Virus record (IMG/VR): IMGVR_UViG_3300046558_000178
Coordinates: 2,552-66,551 of that record
DNA length: 64,000 nt
From: a virus
Strand: one strand, 5' to 3'
Of this stretch, positions 16,088 to 25,423 are shown piece after piece; position 1 is the first letter of the stretch; each line of letters starts with the position of its first letter. The position numbers were made by a program, and so were the translations under genes. Under the pieces are notes generated by a model. The model was not told the origin of the DNA. It did no database searches and saw only the letters and a list, made by a program, of their open reading frames with translations.

Positions 16088-16885
16088 ATGAACCAGGCTG
16101 ACATTTTCTCAGCCGGCGCCCGGGTCCTGCCGCCGGAAATCTCCGATCTGATCGCGCGCGGCGCCATCTTCGTGATCAATCACAGTGGCGGCAAAGATTC
16201 GCAGGCCATGTACTTGATGCTGCGCCAGCACGTGCCGGCCAGTCAGCGCATCCTCGTGCACGCTGACCTGGGAGAAGTCGAGTGGTCCGGCGCAGTCGAC
16301 CAGATCCGCACCACTACCGACGGTGAGCCTCTGCATATCTGCCGGTCCCGGCGCGGCCTGCTGCAGATGATCCGTGAGCGCGGCATGTTCCCGAGCCCAA
16401 GCCAGCGCCAGTGCACATCTGACCTGAAGCGCGGGCCGATCGAGCGGACTATCCGCCAGCTCGGCGTCAAGCTGATCGTGAACTGCATGGGCATGCGCGC
16501 CGAGGAGTCATCCGGCCGCGCCAAGCTGACGCCGTTCAAGCTCAACGCGCGCAATAGCCGCGCTGGCCGGAAATGGTACGACTGGCTGCCGATCCACGAC
16601 CTGACCACCGATGAGGTGTTCGCTACCATCGCTGCAGCCGGCCAGCGCCCGCACTGGGTCTACGCCGCTGGCATGTCGCGCTTCAGCTGCTGCTTTTGCA
16701 TCATGAGCAGCAAAGCCGACCTGACTACGGCCGCGCGCCTGAATCCGGCGTTGTACCGTACCTACGTCGAGCTGGAGCGCAGCACCGGCCAAGTAATGCT
16801 GATGCCATCGAAGAAGTATGGGCGGCAGACCCTGGAGCAAGTGACCGGAGTTGCGGTTCAGGCGCTTGAAGGGAGTGCAGCGTGA
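16088..16885 (+). CDS. PAPS-reductase-family (PP-loop) protein
   Basis: SGGKDS, RQCTSDLKRGP, GMRAEESSGR, PHWVY, RFSCCFCI. Confidence 0.88.
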   Translation: MNQADIFSAGARVLPPEISDLIARGAIFVINHSGGKDSQAMYLMLRQHVPASQRILVHADLGEVEWSGAVDQIRTTTDGEPLHICRSRRGLLQMIRERGMFPSPSQRQCTSDLKRGPIERTIRQLGVKLIVNCMGMRAEESSGRAKLTPFKLNARNSRAGRKWYDWLPIHDLTTDEVFATIAAAGQRPHWVYAAGMSRFSCCFCIMSSKADLTTAARLNPALYRTYVELERSTGQVMLMPSKKYGRQTLEQVTGVAVQALEGSAA

Positions 16886-17100
16886 CCTCACCAAGCCTAG
16901 TCACCAGTCTGGATCAGCTTCAGCGCTCCCTCTGGCCCACCTACGTTCTCAAGCTTATTCCGGTACCCACATCGTGGGCAGAGGAAGTAGCAGCCGAAGT
17001 GATCGATGGCGGGCTCAACCTCGGAAAATTTCAGGTCTGCGGTGCATCGCTTGCAGGTCCACATGGTGCGCCTCCATGCAAAAAGGGAATCCTATCATGA
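16882..17100 (+). CDS. Hypothetical protein
   Basis: GTGA/ATGA coupling on both sides. Confidence 0.45.
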   Translation: MTSPSLVTSLDQLQRSLWPTYVLKLIPVPTSWAEEVAAEVIDGGLNLGKFQVCGASLAGPHGAPPCKKGILS

Positions 17101-17273
17101 TCTACGACCTCGCCCGCACAGAGCGCCAGCACCGCGCCATCCAGGCCGACACTAAGCCGCCACTGCATTTCGCCATGCGCACCTGCACCGGTGAGTGCCG
17201 CCGGCAGCGCTCGGTCGGGCAGTTCAGGGCTGGTAGCACGGTGTGCATGCGCTGCACGCGGAGGCAGGCATGA
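17097..17273 (+). CDS. Small zinc-finger protein
   Basis: CTGEC...CMRC. Confidence 0.55.
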   Translation: MIYDLARTERQHRAIQADTKPPLHFAMRTCTGECRRQRSVGQFRAGSTVCMRCTRRQA

Positions 17274-17281
17274 CGCTGAGT

Positions 17282-17743
17282 TTAGAAGTCGTCCGTTCCG
17301 AGCATGATTGTCGGTGGATGGTTGGCGCATCTGGCGTGGGCCAATGCCGCTTCGCGGATCTTGTCCAGATGGATCGAGAAAATTTCCATAAGCGACAAGT
17401 CCCCGGGGCCTGCCAACAAGAGGAGCGCGCTTCGGGATACTCGGCCTGGCCAGGTTCGCCCATTCAGCCGGACCCGGAAGGCGATGCAGTCATTGCCAGT
17501 TTCAATGGGTCGATCGATCTGGCCCAGATGGTTGTCGATGAATTCTCGCGCACGCGTTATCGCGTCTTCGGTCGCGAAGTTCTGCAGGACATGCCCCTCA
17601 GGAGTCACGCCGCGCTCAATAGTTGCTTGGCTTTTATCTGCCACGCGATAGTGACCGAGCCAGCCTGCACGAAGCGCCGAATATTCGACCTTCACATCGA
17701 TAACGTGCTCCCTGTACGGGACGGTTTCCTCGGAATGATTCAT
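17282..17743 (-). CDS. Counter-oriented moron with DUF1488-like C-terminus
   Basis: IAFRVRLNGRTWPGRVSRSAL...IREAA...IMLGTDDF; fills gap in the rightward operon. Confidence 0.6.
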   Translation of the reverse strand: MNHSEETVPYREHVIDVKVEYSALRAGWLGHYRVADKSQATIERGVTPEGHVLQNFATEDAITRAREFIDNHLGQIDRPIETGNDCIAFRVRLNGRTWPGRVSRSALLLLAGPGDLSLMEIFSIHLDKIREAALAHARCANHPPTIMLGTDDF

Positions 17744-17775
17744 GGCGCCCACCTTGTGAAAAAGGCAAGTATAGC

Positions 17776-18207
17776 ATGAGGCGCCCGTCCCTCAATCGCA
17801 GCGCCACGCCAATGAAACGTACCGCAATCGCGCGCGGCGAGCGCATCGAGGCCCGCGAGGTGTCGAAGCTACCCATGCCGGCGCGGAAGGCTACACTGAA
17901 GTCCAAGGGGCCACGCATGACGCCGATCCGGAAATCCGCACGCGACGAAGAATGCACGCTGCGCTTCCCGGTATGCAATGGCGACACGAAAACGACCGTA
18001 TGGGCGCACTCGAATAACTACCAGGACGGCAAGGGCGGCAGCATCAAGGCGCGCGACGAAGAGGGTTGCTATGCCTGCTTTGCATGTCACTCGTGGCTTG
18101 ATGGTGGCTACGCCGGCCATATGCTGCGCGAGACCGTTGAAGTATTTTTCAATCTGGCACGCATCAACAGCCAGGCCATTTTACGTAGGAAGGGATTGAT
18201 GAAATGA
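17776..18207 (+). CDS. DUF1364-like HNH/zinc nuclease-domain protein
   Basis: SARDEECTLRFPVC...TVWAHSN...ACFACHSWLDG. Confidence 0.8.
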   Translation: MRRPSLNRSATPMKRTAIARGERIEAREVSKLPMPARKATLKSKGPRMTPIRKSARDEECTLRFPVCNGDTKTTVWAHSNNYQDGKGGSIKARDEEGCYACFACHSWLDGGYAGHMLRETVEVFFNLARINSQAILRRKGLMK

Positions 18208-18623
18208 ACCTCGAATTTATCGCTCTGGGGGGGGGCTTGATCATGGGCGCCTTCTGCGTGTACGGCATCAGCCACAGCATCTGCAAGGCCAATGCCGCCA
18301 AAAAAGTTGCTCCGTACGAGACGGTGGACGGCGAGCGTCGCTACTTCACTCCAACGGAATGGGCTACCCGCCGCGACGCGCTGGCCGATCAGCTCTTCGG
18401 CGACGGCAAGAGGCCCGTCAAGGTCAGTCCGGAATTCGATGCCCCGCAGTTCTGCGCCGACTGGCTGGGCACCAATCCCGCACAGGTACGCAACCCGGTC
18501 GTGATGGTGCGCGGGATCAAGCGGGACAAGCACGGGCAAGTGGTTAAAAAGAACGGTGCGGAAGTGGAGACCTGGCTGAATTATTCCGCCGAGTGCGAGC
18601 GCCTCGGCATCAAGGAGACCTGA
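18204..18623 (+). CDS. Hypothetical protein with N-terminal TM
   Basis: ATGA-coupled; hydrophobic N-terminus. Confidence 0.7.
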   Translation: MNLEFIALGGGLIMGAFCVYGISHSICKANAAKKVAPYETVDGERRYFTPTEWATRRDALADQLFGDGKRPVKVSPEFDAPQFCADWLGTNPAQVRNPVVMVRGIKRDKHGQVVKKNGAEVETWLNYSAECERLGIKET

Positions 18624-18624
18624 C

Positions 18625-19470
18625 ATGAACGACCAACAAATCTACGCCCTGATGGCCAAGACCCCGAAAATCCGCGCGGTGCAGATCGCCGACGCGCTGG
18701 ATGTGGATCTCGAGGATGTGAACGAGAAGCTGCGCTTCCTGGTGAGCATGGGGGATATCGTACAGTCCAACGGATTTTCGCCTAACGGCCACGCCGCTCA
18801 AGTCTATGACTTGAGCGAGAAATCGCGCTCGCGCCAAGGTATCGCGCCACTGCCCGCGATCCAGCCGCCAGCGACCGAGCAGTCGGTGGCGTCAGTCGAA
18901 GCGCCCATGATGGCGCCGACACCCAGCGCTGCACCATCGGCCGCGCCAGCAGCGTCCATCTCGCCAACCAGCGACGAGCCCGGCCGCGCCGCGCGCGCCC
19001 TGGCCTTTATCGAAACGCACGGTAGCGCAACGGACGCCCAGCTGCGCGCCATCATGGGACTAAAGGACGACGTTTTCCCATCCTCCTACCTGAATATGGC
19101 CGTGAAGGCTGGCAAGGTCGTGAAGGTCGGCCGCGAGTGGAAGATCGGAGACGGCCGGCCGCTACGCCCGCTGAAGCGACAGCCAGCCTTCGGCGTGCCG
19201 CTGAACCTGCCGGGTGCCTCGCCGTTCGATGTGCCAACCCCACCGCCGGCGGCGCCAAAGGTAAAGCGTCAGACGGCCGCACCCGTGCCGACCGAGGCGC
19301 CAACACCGGCCCCACCAGCCGCGCCGGCGCAACCGCTGCGCTGCGGCGTTTGGTTGGACGGTATGTTCGAACTGCGCCGAGGCAGCGTTACGACGGAGTT
19401 GACCCAGGCCGAAGCGCAGGTGCTGCGCGCATTCCTGAATCGCGTGCTGCCGGCTGAGGAATCAGCGTGA
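18625..19470 (+). CDS. Winged-HTH protein with Pro/Ala linkers
   Basis: IRAVQIADALDVDLEDVNEKLRFLVSMGDI. Confidence 0.7.
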   Translation: MNDQQIYALMAKTPKIRAVQIADALDVDLEDVNEKLRFLVSMGDIVQSNGFSPNGHAAQVYDLSEKSRSRQGIAPLPAIQPPATEQSVASVEAPMMAPTPSAAPSAAPAASISPTSDEPGRAARALAFIETHGSATDAQLRAIMGLKDDVFPSSYLNMAVKAGKVVKVGREWKIGDGRPLRPLKRQPAFGVPLNLPGASPFDVPTPPPAAPKVKRQTAAPVPTEAPTPAPPAAPAQPLRCGVWLDGMFELRRGSVTTELTQAEAQVLRAFLNRVLPAEESA

Positions 19471-19494
19471 CCTTCACAAGAAGCGAGAATTGAC

Positions 19495-20298
19495 GTGGCC
19501 CGCGCACGAAATATAAAACCCAAGTTTTTCACCAATGAAGAATTGGTGGAACTGCCATTCGGCACGCGTCTGTTGTTTATCGGCCTCTGGACCATCGCTG
19601 ACCGCGAAGGTCGCATGGAGGACCGGCCGAAGAAGATCAAGATGGAACTGTTCCCGGCGGACGACTTCAATATCGATGCCGCCCTCAATGAGTTGCAAGC
19701 GTCAGGTTTCGTGGCCCGCTACGAGCATAACGGATCGAACTACATCCAAGTGCTGAATTTCTGCAAGCATCAAAACCCGCATAGGGATGAGCGTGCCAGC
19801 ACCATACCAGCACTGTGCGCGCACAGTGCAAGCACGGTGGTTGAACCTGAGTCGCACCCTGCCGCTCCGGCTGATTCTCCGATTGCTGATTCTCCGATAC
19901 CTGATACCGGATCCCTGAACCCAGAAGCGTCCGTCGCGCCAAGCGCTCCGGCGGACGCGCGGGTGACAGCTGCCGACTTGAGCATCGCCATGCGCAAAGC
20001 CGGCGTACAGGCCCAGTCCGCCGATCCTCGCCTGATCGCGCTAGCAGCTCAGGGCGTGCAGGCGGAGACCGCCACGGCCGCCTGTGCCGTGGCGGTGGAA
20101 GCCCAGGGTGTGGGAAAGGTCAAGCCCGGCTACGTGTTCGCGATTCTTGAACGCTGGGCGGCAGAGGCCGCGACCTTGAAGGTGACCGGCGCAGCGCCAC
20201 CACCGGCGCGCGCTGCACCACCGGGCCGCGTGTCGCGACACGTTGGATTCGACAAACTGGACTACTCTGAGGGCATTGAAAATGGACGAATTACGTAG
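19495..20298 (+). CDS. Phage replication initiator
   Basis: MARARNIKPKFFTNEEL...RLLFIGLWTIADREGR; precedes helicase loader. Confidence 0.85.
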   Translation: MARARNIKPKFFTNEELVELPFGTRLLFIGLWTIADREGRMEDRPKKIKMELFPADDFNIDAALNELQASGFVARYEHNGSNYIQVLNFCKHQNPHRDERASTIPALCAHSASTVVEPESHPAAPADSPIADSPIPDTGSLNPEASVAPSAPADARVTAADLSIAMRKAGVQAQSADPRLIALAAQGVQAETATAACAVAVEAQGVGKVKPGYVFAILERWAAEAATLKVTGAAPPPARAAPPGRVSRHVGFDKLDYSEGIENGRIT

Positions 20299-21061
20299 GA
20301 CCACAATCACCACGGAGACGCGTGCGGCTGATTGCGAGACCCACGGTGGATACGAGAGCACCGCCTTTAAGCTCGGCGCACGCATCATGCATTGGTCCTC
20401 CTGCCCGGCATGCGCTGGTGAGGCGCGCGCCGTGGAGATCGCGAAAGCTGCGCAGGAAGAGGCGGCTGTGCGCCAGCGGCAGCTTGAGACACGCTTGAGC
20501 CAGTCCGGCATACCGCAGCGGTACCGCAGCAAGAGCTTCGCGAATTTTGTTGCGACGGATGACGCGATGGAGCAAGCGCTGGCGACCGCGATGCGGTTCG
20601 CGCAGGATTTCGACCAGCATTTCGAGAAGGGCACGTTCATGGTCTTTTCCGGGCCGCCCGGCACCGGAAAGAGCCATCTGGCGACCGCTATCGCCCAGGC
20701 CGTGCTGGCGGGCGGCACGGCGATGTACACGTCGGCCATCGACGCTGTGCGCTTGATTCGCGATACCTGGCGCCGCAACTCGGAGCGCACCGAGTCACAG
20801 GTGCTCGCCATGCTTGCTTCCATCGATCTGCTGATCCTCGATGAGGTGGGCGTGCAGTACGGCACCGAGGCGGAGCAGGTGAACCTGTTCGACATCATCG
20901 ATAAGCGCTACCGCGACAAGATGCCGACCATCCTGCTGACGAACCAGAATCGTCCGGGCCTGAAGCAGTTCCTCGGCGACCGCAGTTTCGACCGGCTGCG
21001 CGAAGGTGGAATCTGGGTCACGTTCGACTGGGGCTCGCAGCGCGGCGCGGTGCCGGCATGA
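20282..21061 (+). CDS. DnaC/IstB-like helicase loader ATPase
   Basis: GIPQRY, GPPGTGKSHLA, LLILDEVG, DRLREGG. Confidence 0.92.
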   Translation: MDELRRTTITTETRAADCETHGGYESTAFKLGARIMHWSSCPACAGEARAVEIAKAAQEEAAVRQRQLETRLSQSGIPQRYRSKSFANFVATDDAMEQALATAMRFAQDFDQHFEKGTFMVFSGPPGTGKSHLATAIAQAVLAGGTAMYTSAIDAVRLIRDTWRRNSERTESQVLAMLASIDLLILDEVGVQYGTEAEQVNLFDIIDKRYRDKMPTILLTNQNRPGLKQFLGDRSFDRLREGGIWVTFDWGSQRGAVPA

Positions 21062-21303
21062 ACTGCCTCGGCTGCTCCCGCATGAACCTTCAGACCTACC
21101 CGAAGCACGCCGCGGTCGGCTTCGGCCACTGCCCGCTGGATATGGCCGGCGTCTTCAATAATTTGCGCATGGAGCGCCAGTGCAAGTCGTTCACGGCGGC
21201 GACGGCCGACGTGGTGGCCGCGCGCATCACATGGGACGAAAAGCGCCGAGGCGGGCAGGGCGGCAACACCGGTGCGGTGGGACCTACTGTTTCCACCATC
21301 TGA
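21058..21303 (+). CDS. Small Cys-containing hypothetical protein
   Basis: ATGA-coupled; CLGC...GFGHC. Confidence 0.6.
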   Translation: MNCLGCSRMNLQTYPKHAAVGFGHCPLDMAGVFNNLRMERQCKSFTAATADVVAARITWDEKRRGGQGGNTGAVGPTVSTI

Positions 21304-21359
21304 CCGAGTCCCAACCGATCACAATTAAACCAGGTGCATCCTTGATAAATAGTGAAATC

Positions 21360-21704
21360 ATGAAAGCAGCGAACATTCGACTGGCCACACTCCTTGGCTG
21401 GACCAGCCTCTTTGCCATCGGTGGGGCGCTACTCGGCACGCCGCCGGCCGGCCTGCCGAGTAGCCGCGGTCAGGCGCTGGTGCCGGACTGGTGTGGCGGT
21501 TGGGCGGCCGCCGGCGCGCTGATCGGCGCGCATGGCATCGATCTGGAGTGGGTGAATGGTGACACCGCCGTGACGGCGCTGGTGAATACATGCCAGATGT
21601 ACGAGAAATTCACCGAGCAGCTGGCGGACCATGCGACGCCTGACGATGCCGTTCGGCTCGCGGTCGTTCGCGCGGTAACGGCGATGTTGGAGCAGCGGTC
21701 ATGA
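21360..21704 (+). CDS. Phage ABA-sandwich-like protein
   Basis: LATLLGW...PDWCGGWAAAGALI...AVRLAVVRA. Confidence 0.6.
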   Translation: MKAANIRLATLLGWTSLFAIGGALLGTPPAGLPSSRGQALVPDWCGGWAAAGALIGAHGIDLEWVNGDTAVTALVNTCQMYEKFTEQLADHATPDDAVRLAVVRAVTAMLEQRS

Positions 21705-22075
21705 CGGGCATCGCCTGGAGGAAACCCGGCGCCGCCAAGAAGAAGCCGAAATACGGCAACTCGAAGGTGACATTGAACGGCGAGAAATTCGATTCGCGGG
21801 CCGAACTGGCGCGCTACCAGGTGCTGCTCAAGCTGCAGCACGCTGGCGGAATCAGCCAGCTCACCCGTCAGGTGTCGTTCGTGCTGGCGCCGAAGGCAGT
21901 CGTGGGCGGCAAGCTGAAGCGCAGCCTGATCTACCGGGCCGACTTCCAGTACCGCGACCACGCGACCGGGCGCATGGTGGTGGAGGACGTGAAGGGGATG
22001 CTGACCGAGGCCTATAAGATTAAGCGGCACTTGATGAAGACCCTGCACGGCATCGACATCCTGGAGACGTCATGA
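21701..22075 (+). CDS. DUF1064 family putative endonuclease
   Basis: KYGNSKV...FDSRAE...YRADFQY...VEDVKG. Confidence 0.88.
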   Translation: MTGIAWRKPGAAKKKPKYGNSKVTLNGEKFDSRAELARYQVLLKLQHAGGISQLTRQVSFVLAPKAVVGGKLKRSLIYRADFQYRDHATGRMVVEDVKGMLTEAYKIKRHLMKTLHGIDILETS

Positions 22076-23115
22076 GCGTGGACGTGTTCAAGCCTGGCAA
22101 GTCGAAGGTCTGGCATTACCGGTTCCAGGTGGGTGGCGTGCGCGTGCAGCGCAGCACGAAGTTGCGGGAGAAGGGCGCGGCCGAGAAGGTGGCCGAGCGG
22201 GCCTACTCGAACGCCGTAGAGCGCGCCAACGGCGGCAAGGTGATTCCGACGCTGGGTGAACTCTTCGCCGAGTGGGAGCAAGTGCGCGCCCCGGTGGCCA
22301 GCGCGGCACACCGCAAGGCGGTGGATGTAGTGCGGCGTCTGCACATGTACGACCTGGCCGACCTGCCGCTAAGCGCGCTTACCACCATCAGGATGGAGCG
22401 AGCCCGGAATCTGCACCTGCAGGATCACAAGCCCGCCTCCGTCAATCACTGGCTGCGGGTTATGAAGTTGATGGTCAACTGGGCGGTGGCGCGTGAGATT
22501 TTGCCGCGTCTGCCGTGGAAGTTGGCATTGATGAAAGTCCAGAAGCGACCACGCACCATTCTTCCGTTGGATGTGGCCATGGCGTGGTTCACCGAGGTCG
22601 ACGCCGCCACTCCGCGTACACCATTTGTGGCCACTGCCATCCGGCTGATGTTTGGCGCCGGCTTGCGCGAAAGCGAGGCGGCCAGTGCGCGATGGGAGTG
22701 GCTCGACTGGGAGCGTTGCACCTATACCCCTGGGGTGACCAAGGGCCGCGAAGCAGAACCTATCCCGCTGCCACAGTGGTTGCTCGACCACCTGACGCCG
22801 CGGCGCCAATCAGAGGGCTTGATCGCGCCGCGCGCTGATGGCACACAACTACCGGCTGGGTTCGCGCGCAGCACCATGGTGATCGCGAACATGAAGTGCC
22901 GGACCAAGGGCATCACGCCACACCGCCTACGCGGCAGCTTCGCCACACTGCTCTCGGAGAATGGCGCGAACATTCAGACCATCCAGGCGGTGATGCGGCA
23001 CAAGAGTCACACCACGACCATGACCTATTTGGAAAAGGACATGAGCAAGGTGTCTGCAGCCCAATCGAAAATAGCCGGAAAAATCGGGTTCGCAGGGCGA
23101 GAAAATGGCGAGTGA
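22072..23115 (+). CDS. Tyrosine recombinase (second, internal)
   Basis: GLRESE, TKG, HRLRGSFAT, MRHKS, TMTY catalytic set. Confidence 0.9.
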   Translation: MSVDVFKPGKSKVWHYRFQVGGVRVQRSTKLREKGAAEKVAERAYSNAVERANGGKVIPTLGELFAEWEQVRAPVASAAHRKAVDVVRRLHMYDLADLPLSALTTIRMERARNLHLQDHKPASVNHWLRVMKLMVNWAVAREILPRLPWKLALMKVQKRPRTILPLDVAMAWFTEVDAATPRTPFVATAIRLMFGAGLRESEAASARWEWLDWERCTYTPGVTKGREAEPIPLPQWLLDHLTPRRQSEGLIAPRADGTQLPAGFARSTMVIANMKCRTKGITPHRLRGSFATLLSENGANIQTIQAVMRHKSHTTTMTYLEKDMSKVSAAQSKIAGKIGFAGRENGE

Positions 23116-23158
23116 CTTCAAAGCGAGCCATATAGATATTGAATCTCCTGATGACTAG

Positions 23159-23359
23159 TGGTCATCAGTAAAAGACGAAGATGCCGAGCGCGTCCGCCAG
23201 GCGCAGGCGATTGCCGTACTGGCGCGACAGGTTAGGGAGGGTATCGTGATGGGGCGGGAGCGCTAGCGGGTGTTCGCCGATTTCCAATTCATCAGATTTC
23301 AGGCGCTGCTGGGTGCCGGCTTAACTGAGGCGCAGGCGATCCAGTTGGTGAAGTCGTAG
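23159..23359 (+). pseudogene. Possible gene remnant without start and with internal TAG
   Basis: Frame reads ...RQVREGIVMGRER*RVFADF...ALLGAGLTEAQAIQLVKS*; TAG at 23264. Confidence 0.4.
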
Positions 23360-23393
23360 GCCGTGCACAGGGATTGGATTGTGCAATCCAAAG

Positions 23394-24113
23394 TCAGGAC
23401 TTTTTTTTCTTCGGTTTTGCTGTTGGCTCGGCAGACTCCGATGTGACTGCGTTGATAATCTTATCCACTAAGGGGACGAATTTAGCCACGTCTGCAACGG
23501 TCGCGATAGCATGCAGCTGCGCACTCAGAAATAAGTTCGCTGAGCGTTTATCGTCAGCGTCAAGCCCGGCTTTGTTATCCTGATCAGCCTCCAAAATGCT
23601 GCGACAAAGGAAAGCGAGCAGCGCAAGAGCTGGCTGTGAGGCTGTCGTTGGCTGCCTGGTAACTATTTGCGCAGGTGGCGGATGCATGTCTGAAAGAGCA
23701 GGGAAGCGATCAGGTCGCTCAATGATCCAATTTGCGTACAGCTCGGCTAGATAGTGCGGTTCCACTTGATCAATCGAGCTAACCGGCTCGAGAGCGCTTG
23801 TTTCGTCGGGCGCATCAGCGACAGCTGCTTCGTAAGCTCTGGCAAAGGCACCAAACGACTTGTTGGGGCTTACATCCTCACGCGCACACCACTCTACATA
23901 TTCTGAAAGAAGCTCAAGCTTTCTTCGCTCGTTGGCCGCTCGCAATCCTGGTGCTCGAAGGCTTTCTTCCAGCCTCGCAACAATTTCGGCGTTCAAGGAG
24001 CGCCCGGCAGCCTCGGCAGTAGCCTCTATGCGAGCCTTTAATTCAGGCTGCATACGGACGCCGAAAGGTGCGATATGCGAAGTTGGTTGGCGTGTGTTTT
24101 TGGGATTGCTCAT
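23394..24113 (-). CDS. Arc/Mnt-family repressor with long C-terminal extension
   Basis: PFGVRMQPELKARIEATAEAAGRSLNAEIVARLEES. Confidence 0.85.
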   Translation of the reverse strand: MSNPKNTRQPTSHIAPFGVRMQPELKARIEATAEAAGRSLNAEIVARLEESLRAPGLRAANERRKLELLSEYVEWCAREDVSPNKSFGAFARAYEAAVADAPDETSALEPVSSIDQVEPHYLAELYANWIIERPDRFPALSDMHPPPAQIVTRQPTTASQPALALLAFLCRSILEADQDNKAGLDADDKRSANLFLSAQLHAIATVADVAKFVPLVDKIINAVTSESAEPTAKPKKKKS

Positions 24114-24167
24114 AGCTTCACAGTGTAATCAAAATGTGCTTGACTCGATAGCTTCATGGTGTAATCA
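24112..24167. promoter_or_regulatory. 20-bp direct repeats, putative Arc/Mnt operators
   Basis: ATAGCTTCACAGTGTAATCA 24112-24131 and ATAGCTTCATGGTGTAATCA 24148-24167 flanking TTGACT. Confidence 0.65.
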
Positions 24168-24201
24168 TTACAGCCTGAAGTCATTATTTGAGGAGGGTGA
24201 A

Positions 24202-24381
24202 ATGGCAAGTCCGATTCCCTCGTTTGGCGTACGTATGCCGCCTGAGTTGAAGGAGTGGCTTAGCGAGGAGGCAACCAGAAATCGCCGTAGCTTGAACGGC
24301 GAAATAATCAAGCGTTTGGAGGAGAGTAGGGCGCAGCAGAATCGCGCCAGGAAACCGAAGGACGAAAAAGCAAAGCCCTAA
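24202..24381 (+). CDS. Arc-family repressor
   Basis: SFGVRMPPELKEWLSEEATRNRRSLNGEIIKRLEES; GGAGG RBS. Confidence 0.88.
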   Translation: MASPIPSFGVRMPPELKEWLSEEATRNRRSLNGEIIKRLEESRAQQNRARKPKDEKAKP

Positions 24382-24447
24382 CCGAAGAAGCTGGGGAGCA
24401 GATCGGAAAGGGCTTTTGTCCACACAATTTTGAGAAGAGGTGAACAA

Positions 24448-25338
24448 ATGAATGTTACAGGGACAGCAGCTGTAAATCAAGGCTTGGCGTTTGAGCACGT
24501 GAGCTTCCAAGTCGTCTTTCGTGACCAGCAACAATGGTTGATGTTGAGCCAGCTCGCCGAAGCGCTCTATGGTAAAAGGGGATCGCAAAACGCGACCCCC
24601 TTTGAATCGCGGGTGCGCGATCTGTATCGTCGTCATTCAGACGAGTTCTCGGACAAGATGACGGCACTGGTGGAGATGGCCACTGCCGGCGGCAAGCAAA
24701 TGGTCCGCATATTTAGCCTGCGCGGCGCCCACCTTCTGGCCATGTTCGCGCGAACCGATGTGGCCAAGGCGTTCCGCCGGTGGGTGCTGGACTTGCTGGA
24801 ACGCGAAGTAATGGGGCAGGCGGCCGCGCCGGATGACTGCTGCCCTGATGCCCGCCAACAGCTGCAATGCGCCGTGCGCGCGCTGCAGTCCAAGATGACT
24901 TCCCATCAGGTCTACCGGCGCGTGCACCTGCAGTTCGGTGTGAACTCGATCGACGACCTGGGCGCGCGGATGCCGCAGGCCGTGGCGTTCGTGAACGGCT
25001 TGGCCGCCAGCTGGGAACTGGTCGACCAGCCCGCGCTGCCCGCGCCAGCACAAGGACTGAGCGCGCGAGACCTCGAGAACATGACTTGCCTGTGCAACGA
25101 GGTGGAATACGTGCGCAGCGCGTGGGGTGCCTATTGCCCACACCTGGAGGCTTTGACCCCGCTCATGGCCGGCCAGCTGGGCGAGCACATCCTCGGCGCA
25201 GCCGCTGCCGCGCGCCACCTGGTGCGCGATCACGACCTGCCGTCGGACCGCGAATACGCTGCCGGCTACCCTTGGCGCGGCAGCGACGTAGCCCGTCGCG
25301 CGTACGTGGACACCGCCCAAAACCAGCTCGCGAGCTGA
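24448..25338 (+). CDS. Phage antirepressor (Bro-N-like)
   Basis: LYRRHSDEF...RIFSLRGAHLLAMFARTDVAKAFRRWVLDLL. Confidence 0.85.
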   Translation: MNVTGTAAVNQGLAFEHVSFQVVFRDQQQWLMLSQLAEALYGKRGSQNATPFESRVRDLYRRHSDEFSDKMTALVEMATAGGKQMVRIFSLRGAHLLAMFARTDVAKAFRRWVLDLLEREVMGQAAAPDDCCPDARQQLQCAVRALQSKMTSHQVYRRVHLQFGVNSIDDLGARMPQAVAFVNGLAASWELVDQPALPAPAQGLSARDLENMTCLCNEVEYVRSAWGAYCPHLEALTPLMAGQLGEHILGAAAAARHLVRDHDLPSDREYAAGYPWRGSDVARRAYVDTAQNQLAS

Positions 25339-25423
25339 GCCATGGGCTGACCACGGCGCGTTTGGGGCTATTGGAAGAGGTCGCTCTGCTATTCTGTTCA
25401 CATGGACTGAAGGAGCCACCGAA

